DNA of 64,000 nucleotides from Patellaria atrata CBS 101060 (Eukaryota): NCBI GenBank assembly GCA_010093705.1, contig MU006103.1, positions 248,001 to 312,000 of the forward strand, read 5' to 3'. Shown piece by piece: positions 53,701 to 64,000 of this stretch (position 1 is its first letter; each line of letters starts with the position of its first letter). The notes under the pieces were generated by a model. It saw only the letters and a program-made list of their open reading frames with translations, ran no database searches and was not told where the DNA came from. The position numbers and the translations under genes were made by a program.

Positions 53701-54071
53701 CTCCGAAGCATAATCATAATATGCTGTCCTCCTTTGTTTGTCTCGAGGAAGTAAGCCTTGTTGCGTAATATCTGACCAGCCATTGGGATCTCCCTCTGGG
53801 CTTAACTCGGCGATTGTCTTGCTTTTCTTGAGCCGTATGGAGCCCCTATCAATCATACCCTCTGGGAGTCCGTCGTTTTCCGATATTGAGCTAGAGTCGT
53901 CCTCCATACCACCATCTTCTGGTGAAGAATCATGATGGTCCCCGATATGGGAAGGGCCAATGTACGGGGAAGTCGTGGGCGAATGCAAATGAGCCTCTGT
54001 ATCTGTCGCAAAGAGCTGTTAGGACAATCATAAAGACAATTGAGTACAGTCCGATGGGTTCTACCTGTCAT
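50717..54071 (-). CDS. AMD1: AMP deaminase
   Basis: [35 protein letters not shown] and [10 protein letters not shown]. Introns near 54064-54003, 52457-52409 and 51287-~51226. The start is inferred. Confidence 0.93.
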
Positions 54072-54634
54072 GGTGCTGGAAACGGGCGTTGATAGTGGCT
54101 AACGCGTTGTATGACGGACAAGTTCGAGGTGACGGGAGACATGGTGGAGCTGGCAGCGTTTGACAAGATACGACCAACGCATTTATCAGATCTGCAAAGC
54201 GACTGCGTATTATTTTCTTACCGAGTTTCTATGAGTTCTTAAAGATAATAGATGTTGTATTCTACCTCTAATGAATGAAATACCCAAGACAACCTGGCTG
54301 TTCCTAAAGGATATAAATTTCCGCCCCTCACTGTCACTTTTGCAGATTCCGGCCGATCTCCGCTTCAAGCAGCATGTTGATTCCGAATTTGGTTGTTTCA
54401 CTGCAGGGTCTCAAATTACTATAAAATATCCAAAAAGGTAGAGAGCATATGTCTTTCACCATTATATTCCCAATCGCTTCAAACAATGTGATCAACAGAT
54501 TTGTGAATCCGAATCTCGTTCATAAATGGTTCTGTATTTCACACATTTGAAAGAGATGCTATATATACAAAATCCCAGATGACACCATGCTAAATGGACC
54601 CGAACGCCGAATATGCTAGATAGCAAATAACCTT

Positions 54635-56708
54635 CTAGCACTCTAAAGTGACCTTCTGGCCCTTGACTTTCCCTATTACAATCTCAGGAGCGTACTTCGG
54701 AATAACTTCATCGTCGTGAAGCATCTCAAACTCCTCGCTAGCATCTCTGCCCATGTGGCTAAAGAGTGCTTGAGGACCTCCCGGGTGCTCGTCGACCCAA
54801 TTTGTCACGTCGAGTACTATTCCCTTCACCGCGATCCATAAATCCTCTTTCTTATTGTGCTTAGCAACTTCCTCTAAGGTAAACTCTTTATCTGGAATGC
54901 TGAATTCCTTGGGCTTGTTAGGTGTCGAAACTTTGCCTGGGTCCTCGCTATCTTTGGCATTACCGTTAAGAACGGGTCCAGCTGACTTCTGGCTTTGCTG
55001 TGCGGGCTTTGACTGTGGGCCCTGTGAGGAGGAATCAGAAGCGTTTCCCCATTCTACGGAGACCTTGCCAGGTTGCGAGGGGTCAATGTGAAGGGAAATC
55101 TGGCCGAGACGTTGAGCGGCAGTGGAAACACCTCCGCTAAGCAAGTTCTGGAAGAGATATTTCGCTGCTGATTCACCAGCAACACGCCCGTAGACTACGC
55201 AGCCTAGTAACGAGGAACCGCCAAGGCGATTTGCACCGTGGACGCCACCAGCAAGCTCACCGCAGACGAATAGACCATCGAATGGCTTGCTATCATGGTT
55301 AAGAACCTGAGCCTTATCGTTAATCTCGATACCGCCCATAGTAAAATGTAGTACAGGTTCCATAACAGCGACGTGGAAGGTATCGCTAATGTCGAAAGGT
55401 CCGTTATGGAAGAATTTCTTGCCTTCTGGGTCCTTCTTCTTACCCTCCGCAATGGCGTTATAATCCTTGAAGGTATCCTGGAGAGCTTTCTCACCGCATC
55501 CCATCTCCTTAGCAAGCTCCTTTCCTGTCATTTTCTTCATGAGACCACGACCAGAATAATGACGAGTGTGGAAATCAAGAACGTTGGATGCCTTGGAGTT
55601 CAATACTAGACGAATGGGCCAATTACCCTTCTCCTTCTGCTCCCATAACTTTCCGGACACATAATCACGGTGACCAAGCTCATCGGAAAAGCGCTGGCCC
55701 TTGGAATTGAGAAGGAGACCACCTTCACCACGGAGTGCTTCCGCGGCTAAAAACTTCCACTTCGAGCCAGGGTCCTTAGGATCGACCAGCCCAGTAGGAT
55801 GGACCTGTACTTTGTCCATATCAATACCATTGGCGCCAATCTCCATGAGCATCTTGTGCCCATCGCCAGTGGCATGTGCGCCGTTGGTGGTGGACAAATC
55901 GAATGTATCCGGTCTATGTTTTCTCAATAAAGATGTTTCTGAGAAATCTGCGGCATATCCACCGGTAGCCAAAACGACCGGCCCATCCACAGTAGTCTCC
56001 TCGCCATTGAATAGGTATGTCACACCGGTAGCTTTGTTTCCATCTTTATTGACTTTCACAACTTTCGCCTTCTTGATCAGCTGTACCCGGTCGGGCTCAG
56101 CTTCAGCCAATTCTTCGAACCTTTGCATGAGTGCATACGTTATAGCCATACCAGGGAACTTGGCATCATGGCCACGGTGCGTTCGGGGTTGTGAGTGTCC
56201 TCTGAGAGCCTGTCAATAGTGGGACAATAATCATGACATATTATTACTTACCCCAACCGTGAGACCAGTGTCAGATCGAGGTTGAATACATCCTGTAGCC
56301 ACTCTACTGCTGCTGCAGACTTGTACGTAAGGACCTTGATCAGGTCCGGCCTGGCCTTGTCCCGAGCAGACTTCAATGTATCATCGTAGAACTGTTGAAC
56401 GCTATCTTGAATCTTATGTTCGACTTGTGTCCGTGTTAATGCACCGTTAATACCCGAGGTGGCCTTCGTGGAGTTTCCACCCATGAAGTCTATACGGAGC
56501 TATCAGCTGGGTGGAGAGATGACGTCAAGGAGAAACTAGAACATACTGTTCTTATCCAGTAGAAGAACATTTCCTCCAGCAAGATAGATAGTATGAGCAG
56601 CGCTCAAACCAGATACTGTAGAAGTAGGTCAGTTACATTTGTTCTATGTGAGCGGCGAGTACAAAACTGCTTACATCCGGCACCGACAACAATGATCTTC
56701 TGCGACAT
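54635..56708 (-). CDS. OSM1: Soluble fumarate reductase (Osm1/Frd1 type) with C-terminal cytochrome b5 domain
   Basis: MSQKIIVVGAG-LSGL, GGNSTKATSGING, QVHPTG, EALRGEG, HFTMGG, HGANRLGGSSL and cyt b5 HPGG; three introns in the 5' part. Confidence 0.92.
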
Positions 56709-59700
56709 GATGGTCCAAATTAGATGTTGGATCTAGAGTGTGATGAGCAGAATAAAAGGTAGAAGTGATGAAATCTACAGTTAAAGAGATCGGTACAACG
56801 TGAGTTGACAGCAACTGGAGTAATCCCTTAAGTATCAGTTGTCCTAGAGGCAATGATGCCTCGGTTCATCCCCGCATACGGCTAGTTCTAGGACCATTTC
56901 TACGGTAAGCCGAGCCACCGACAAATGAAGAGGGAGATAAATGTAAAAATATATTTTGAACCTCACGCTTAACTGTACATTTTAGTGCAGCGCTCCTGAC
57001 ACGCTCAGCACCTTGAATTCAGTCCTCGGTGCACACTTCCACTGTCCCAGTTATTCTGAAGATTCTGTGCAGTATAACTATCAGTACAGTATGTCGCAGA
57101 CATGTGAAAACTAATTCGGGCTCCGAGTTAAGGTAGCTAGTCCTCTCCGTCATGTTGGACACGGTCTCTACAGTCACGCGGATCCAGTTCGTTCGCATGT
57201 GATTGTTCAAGAGTCAACGTCACCCCCGATCCAGAACCCTACCGTACGGTACCTTATTTCTATTTCACACTTCCGCTGTCACCGGGAGATTCATAACTAA
57301 TGCAAACTCCGGCACTGTATATGTGTTGATGCGTACAAATTTTCTAGCCGAAATTCTATATTCCTTCTACTTCTGAACTTCCTTGTTATATATAGAGTAG
57401 AATGCACAGTACATTCTCAGGTTCAGTCTACTCTCCTGCAACTCACTCCTCGAGCAACGTCGCATAACGCAATACCGTCACCGGTCTTCAACACATTTCT
57501 ACTGTTAGATTCAACTTGTTCTTAGATTACCGAACCAATCCGATATTAATAGCTTTGTCTAAGCGTCACACAAGATGACCAAAGCACATCATCTCACACT
57601 AAACCCTCAACGACATCATAACGAAATTATTTATATTATCAAACAATAGAAGTTGAGTGGTTCATACCTTCAACTCACACAGATCTCGCCGACTATAATC
57701 ATGATTTCACGAATATAATCGAGTGAACCATGGTCTCTACCAGAAGGCACTTTGTGTTTATCCTAGGGGCTACCAGGAACACCAGGTACCGAATATATCT
57801 TACTGTGAGGGCCTCACCATACTGATCCGCACATACACACATACGCCCTCCTTAATGCAGTAGATGAAAAGCGCGATCTCGCAGACCTGGTCCACCACAG
57901 CTTCAAGCTGTACGGTAGTTGACCAGACTGTCTTATTTGGAGAGGCAACCGCAAAGTCGATCAGACATATGTCGAGGCCAGACTGGAGTCGCTTAAGGAA
58001 ATTGACACCCAGTAATAGTCCATAGCAAGCAGAATGCAGAGCGTGAACTTTTCAGTTTGCTTCTCTGGTTCGTTTGTGAGTTGAGCCAATACTTTCTGGA
58101 GAGTGAAAAGCTCAAAAACGGTCCGGAAAGCTAACTGTACAAAGCATTAATGCTTCACCTTCAAACGTATGAAAGTATAATAGTCGATCGGTTCAGCTCA
58201 AGTCAACTGATATAGCAATGGAAAGGTCTCGAATATGAATGACAGAGAAAATCCGAGGTCCTGGGAAGCAATCTACCGCCTCTGGGAATGCAGAGGTAAT
58301 GTATTGTAGCGAGTGAACCCCTGCTGAGATTTGTGGTGCAAGTATACTACCTTTAATATAAAGATTGAAGATGAAAACTGGGGTTCGGGATATAAAAAGG
58401 CCGTCGCCTCAATGCAGATCCGGATATCCCTCTGTCATCGAAGCCAGTACTCTAGTTCCATCCAACTCTCTAGCGTACCGGTTGACTCCTACCCGTATCT
58501 GGGCCAACAATTGCGCACTAATATCATCATTCACATTCCATCAAGGTTCCAGACGACTTTACTTACTCCGCTTTCAGATCAGGTCATCTCCAATAATAAT
58601 AATGGATAGCTGGCGGGTATCAGACACGCAGCTGCCAACTATTGGAGCAAGACACATAATGTGAGCAATATTAAGTTACTGAATCAATCAAAGAAATGCT
58701 CAACAAAAGGTACGTGAAGAATCTGCTTCACGTCACGAACGTGTACGTTTTCCTACCGTCGTGAGAGCTATTCCAACTCTCCAATAACATGCATGTCTAC
58801 AAGATAGTTGCGAAGAGAGCTTTTTCTGCAATTTGCAAGGACAAACTATCTGTATGAGAATGAGCAGCGTCTGGGGATGATCTGGAATGATCCATGCATG
58901 CCAATCACCAAAGTATACTGTAGCTGAAATACGTAAAGGTGACTCGCATACATTTTTCCTTCATCCAGGTTTGTTGTTCTTGGTGCAATTTAAAGACCAT
59001 TCAATTGATAATTGTAAGACGGACGATAGTAAGCTTTCAGGCCAGAAGAGAACCACGTGTGTTGCAACCGTATATCGGCAGGATGAAAGAAAAGATCATT
59101 CTGATCAAATACGGAACGAGGAAATTCTCGTACGTTTTTGAACCTCGAAAAACCTGTAGAATCCTGGATGCAGCATGGCTCGCAGAATATGGACGCAGGT
59201 TGGAATATATTAGCTAATGAGTGCCAGCAGGTCTGAGGGGAAACGACGCCAAACAGGAATGTATAAGGACTACCTTACTATATAGTAATAAGTAGCTCGT
59301 TTGCTTCGTAGCGTATGGTGAGCGAAGGATATGTAGTTGGGATGCGTAGTTGGAAGCGAAGGTAGTTTCTGTTACGAAGGGGAATGTCGATTGTCACATG
59401 AGCAGCAGACATCTCCGCGGCTGGAGGCCAAATGCCAAGACCGAATTCGTCAAGGAATCAGGAACATGAACAACCTCAACACGTGCACTGGAAGCGCTTC
59501 CATTTATGACTCCGGACGACACTCGGACAGCCAGCGAGGAATACTTGTAAAGGAGTTTCAGGTCACGCTGGCAAGATATATTCTTTTGTTAGCTGAAAGG
59601 AAACCTCTGCTGAACGTGTCATTCTTTCATTCGAACCAAAGCCGAGCCATGGCCGCTCCAAGCCGCCTGAAAGCAATAATAGGATTATTGGATAGACGCC

Positions 59701-60846
59701 AGAGTTTGCCGCCAGAGTGCTAAGGCTAAGAGCATTGACAAGAGATCACAATGCTCTCAAAGTCCGTTAGTAGTCAAGGGAAAGCTTCCTGCTGGACCAT
59801 CGTTTAGGAGAGGGGCTCTGTGGCACGTAGTTACTATTACCCGCAAGAAACTCATTTTTGGATTTTTAAAGGTAATGGAATCGGTGAGTGGTACTACTCG
59901 TAATATAGCAACACGACCTTTACCAACAGCTGACCAGCCCGATCGACCGGACAGTCTTCCTAATGGCGGGTATGGATCTAGGGGAAGAGTCCGTACATGG
60001 AGATTTTTAAAAAGGATTTTCAGACCCTTGATGATGCTGATGCGGCGGAGAGGTTGAATAAGGTTAAATAAAATGTATGGATTGTATGGGAATTTGTGGA
60101 GAGTTATAGCGAGTTTGTCTGAACTGACGAGTTGCCAAGCAGGCTTGGAATAGATTAGCATGACACAAATTCGGCATTAATGCATCATTGTTGCATTATT
60201 ATTGACCTCGCTTCATCTTCGCTTCATCAAATGTTCGGTTTCTATGAACAACCTTACCACAACCCTTTTCTCCAGTTCTCCAATCTCCACACTTTCCTCC
60301 ACAAGCCGTTGCACGTCACGTCGCTCATTTTTTTTTTCAAAACTGCGGAGTCTTTTAGTAGGTCATTCGGTCTTACCAGCCGAGCCAGGCTGACCTGAAT
60401 TCTCGGATTTTGACGCCACTTGGATCCAATCAGAGTGCCCAATTCAGTCCATATGGTCTATACTTTGACTAAGTACCTTTTCACATTCGGACATCGTTCC
60501 ATGCTACGCCAGTGCTTTCCACTATGATGCTATGTGTCGTGAGAACCTCTTTATAGAAAGCATCCATGAAAAAAAATTCTAGAATGACTCAACAAAGCTT
60601 TAAAGGGCAGTCGTGCCCCGTGAGTACTTCCTTCCGTGACTTGTGATCAACCAACCTTTGTCTACTCTTCTACCATCCATCATCATCATCATCAAACTTT
60701 CTTTGTCTTGACCTTTAGAAAACTCTCAGCATCAACAAAAGCTTCTATTACCCTACTACGAACCTGTACAGCTTTCTCATCCTAACCTCAAAACTATCAT
60801 CATCATCAACAACAACTTCAAAGACCTTGCACGTAGTTGCAATTCA

Positions 60847-62361
60847 ATGCACATCAACGCCTTCCCTTACGAAATCCTCTCCGTCATCCTCGAAGAAGCC
60901 GCCAAGCTCAATGAGCAAGATGGAGTCACCTTCACCTTTGGTCTCAGTCAAGCACCTCTGCCGTTGCAGAAGGCTAACTTGCACCGCTACATTCGTGGCC
61001 CAGTTCCTCCTGACATGTTGAAATGGGATGCAACTGCCGCCATCCGTCAAGTTTGTCGCGAATGGCACGAATGGGCTGTTGAGTATGCGCTGACCGATGT
61101 CTATATTCGAAGGTGGAGGGGTTCCGAGAGATGGGCTGAGCTTTCCCAGAAGAGGGGTAGGTTCAATAGTTATCTTGCAGATTGATGAAGTACTAACGTA
61201 TTTTCAGAGAACTACGACCTGTATGAGCTCATCGAGAAGCCTTCCGGAACGGCCGTCTACCGCGACCCCTATCGTTCTCTCCGCAGCACTTCGAAACTCT
61301 TCCAAGAGTATCCGCACATTGCATCTAACGTCCGACGACTATGGTTCAACGGTTTCTATACAACTGAGACTGATCATTACATCCACGATGCTCTCAAGAA
61401 ATGCTCTAACCTTACTTCGGTAAGCGTGCCGTGGACGGTCATCCGACATCTCAGTGCCCAGGATTGGGCACAGCTCCTTGGCAATGGTGGCGGCGAAGGT
61501 CTTCAGTCTCTCGAACTCCTCGCCGTTGACTTGACGGAATCGCAAGCAAAGGATCGCAAGAACTTGATCGACTTACAGCCACTGAAGTCTCATCTAGTTG
61601 ACTTCAGCAGACTCCGCAGGTTGAAGATCTTTGGCAATACGACCTTCAAGCCCATCGACGATGAGGATCTCCGAGACATTGCTAGGACAGCAACCAAGTT
61701 GGAAGAGTTCCATTTGACGAACCTCTCGACCATTACCATCGAGGGCGTTATGGCTGTTGTTAAAGCCTCTCAGAACACTCTTCGGGTTCTAGAACACTCT
61801 CCTCGATCCGACGATGGCTTTGATCATCCGCATCCCGGCTCTTCCATAGAAGGTGAGCATCTTTGCGAGGTTCTGGCCAACTTGCCGCGTTTGAAGACCC
61901 TCTCGATCTCCATCCCTACAATGTGCTCCGCTATCTTCGCCAACGAGAATGTGCAGTGGGAAGGAGACTGTCAAGTTCGTGCGGCTCACATTTGTGGCCA
62001 CCAAAATCGCAAGAATGGTCTCACTGCTGAGCTACGGGACCCACTCCAAGCTCTTCTTCAACAGGCACGCGCCTTGATTACAACTCGGGCGAATTCGTAC
62101 ATTCCTAAGGAGCTTACCATCGAACTCTTCTGTGGTGACATTATCTTCGATCCGCACCTTCATACCGTGCATGGAAATTTCGAACTTGGACGTCTGGTAT
62201 CCTATGATCAATGGCCAGCATCCGCGGAACCATCCCGCAAGGGACCGTATGGTTCTACCGGTCTTTACGGTAAGGACGACGAAGAAGTTGTCTTCGAGCG
62301 CGTCCACGAGGACGAATTCCTCAACGGTATGCGTAAAAACTGGGTGTCAATCTTTTCTTGA
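60847..62361 (+). CDS. Conserved-looking fungal F-box-like / RNI-LRR protein of unknown function
   Basis: F-box-like start FPYEILSVIL..RQVCREWH; intron ~61157-61208 joins it to an LRR-like region (LRRLKI, LEEFHL, LKTLSI); long unbroken frame. Confidence 0.7.
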
Positions 62362-63829
62362 AGAATTTATGATACCCCTTAACCAACATTTTGTGGCGTT
62401 ATTTGGATCCAAAAGCATGTGGCTACTGGGATCGTTATCTTTGTCTAAAATCTGCTGATTAAAAAAAAGGGTTTAACGGGACATGAATCACGAATCTCCT
62501 TGTTCCTTCACCTAAATACCACATTTCCGACACGGCCATAGTGTGGGCTTGTCTTTCAACGAATTTCCAGGGCATGGGATGGATCCGGCGTTTATCTCTT
62601 GGGGTTTCAAACCCTATTATCAGCTGCACCGGTATTGTTGTCGATTTTCTTCTCTTTGGAGTTTCTCTGCTATGTAAATAATCTACCAAAAGGAATTGAG
62701 GGCGGAGTTATTAGCAGTCAGTAGGATACTGCAAGCAGCTCCCTCATGGCCTAGGGTTAGGCTCACACCATTCTAGCAGTTGAATGGTAATCAATGTAAT
62801 CATAATCCATATCTACCTCTCTTGAGTGAGTTATGTGCTTTGCTGTTTCCATGTTTTTCCCCCCCACGCCCCCCTCTTGACCCTCTTTCCATCAAAGATA
62901 AACAGTTGCTATTTTGGTAGCGGCCCAAGAGAAAGGGACACGCCAGTTATCGGGCCAAAGTATATCAGAGGCCTGATTTGGCCACTTTCTACTTTCTAAA
63001 ACTTTCAAATTAAGGTACGGAGCGGGCGCATGCATCGTTGGCTTAGAAGCTCAACGGACATGGAGGGGTGGTGGGAGGTTTGATAAAGAGGGCGTGAAAT
63101 TTATTGGAACTAGAGCTAGATGTAGATATCGTGGTAGGTTATAGTGCTTGCCAATGCCTTGTATACTACATGCAGCTCGATCTCGGAGTCAAGCTGTAAT
63201 TCACGTGGGCGCAGCAAATCACAACTTGCATGCCCCATGCTACACCACCACCGCGATCGAACACATTGATGGACAATAGACAGGGCTTCGTAAATCGCAA
63301 TAATACGATTACACACGGCTCGGGCGTTGAGAAAGACCGATTTCGTACGGCGCTTTCTCAGCAGTGTTTATTTTGATGGTAAATCAAGTGCGGAATAGCT
63401 CCAGTATAGAGATTTCGTAAGGTATTGGTGTTGTCAAAGTCGGAATATGTGAATTTGTAAGGATTTGTTAAGCACCCTGGCATCACGCACGTTGCGGCGC
63501 ATCTCTGCGGTACATCTGCACGCGGGGGATACACCTTTCCTAGTATGGCTAAATGTGGGGCTCCGAGGATGCATAGAGGCCAAAGATGGACATCGGATGA
63601 ATGTCGCGATGATATCAATGCCGGAGTGCTGCTACATACACTTCACCTAGAACTCGACCAGCTCTTATCAAGGAGGAGGGGTAGAGGGAGCTATATATGG
63701 CTTTGTTCTCCCCTCCCTCAATTGCTTTCCCTTGTTGTCTTCATAGTGTCCTCACATCAATTGATCAGGTCTTCTTATTTTCTTAAATCACTTCAGTCAT
63801 AAAAGCATTCAGTATCTCGAACAGACAAA

Positions 63830-64000
63830 ATGGCCCCGAAAATCGCCATCGTTTATGTATGTTGCTTTCTAGCTTCAACTGGTCCAGTCATTTTCCTCCG
63901 CATACTCTTTTTGCTCTTGTAGAGCATGGGGCGTACCTTGGAACCACTGGTTCAGACTACTCAATTGGTTCAAACAGTGCTGATTGGGTTCCTTAGTACT
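63830..64000 (+). CDS. Flavodoxin-like NAD(P)H:quinone oxidoreductase (Pst2/Ycp4/WrbA family), 5' fragment running off the window
   Basis: MAPKIAIVY, intron 63857-63996, then TAC T (Y-S). This matches the family start KIAIVYYSxYGH. TATA-like TATATA at ~63692. Confidence 0.7.

Noticed and set aside
58602..58715. Possible small spliced gene starting MDSWRV
   Set aside because: The implied intron would be only ~33 nt and the product is not recognisable.
63116..63650. Cys/His-containing short ORFs
   Set aside because: No valid zinc-finger spacing or splice model.
63857..63996. Repeated (C/T)TGGT(C/T)CA motif and internal AG/GT in the quinone reductase intron (riboswitch, microexon or stwintron idea)
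   Set aside because: No TPP aptamer core, and direct splicing already gives the expected IVY-YS protein.

Overview
This is eukaryotic DNA from a filamentous ascomycete (Pezizomycotina): intron-containing genes with GT..CTRAY..AG introns, and no tRNA, rRNA, CRISPR array or intact transposon that I can support. About 23 protein-coding genes are present. Most are housekeeping: a class IV chitin synthase head-to-head with its Sel1-repeat activator, ARO8, OST2/DAD1, TMEM14, an RTC4-domain gene, RCL1, a glyoxalase, dynamitin, an NADP-alcohol dehydrogenase, PRP4, RPB7, DAP2, NAD(P)HX dehydratase, a Zn2Cys6 factor next to an RTA1 transporter, AMP deaminase, fumarate reductase-cytochrome b5, an F-box-like protein and the start of a flavodoxin-like quinone reductase. 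Two accessory-looking regions stand out. (1) At 1-8 kb there is a lysozyme/GH19-like gene broken by a 38-nt homopolymer, an intronless orphan ORF with PD-(D/E)XK nuclease motifs, and a U1 snRNA-like gene with variant protein-binding loops. (2) At 29.7-32.5 kb there is a decayed squalene epoxidase and a collapsed membrane-protein relic. Exon boundaries were read by eye, and family assignments come from remembered motifs, not database searches.
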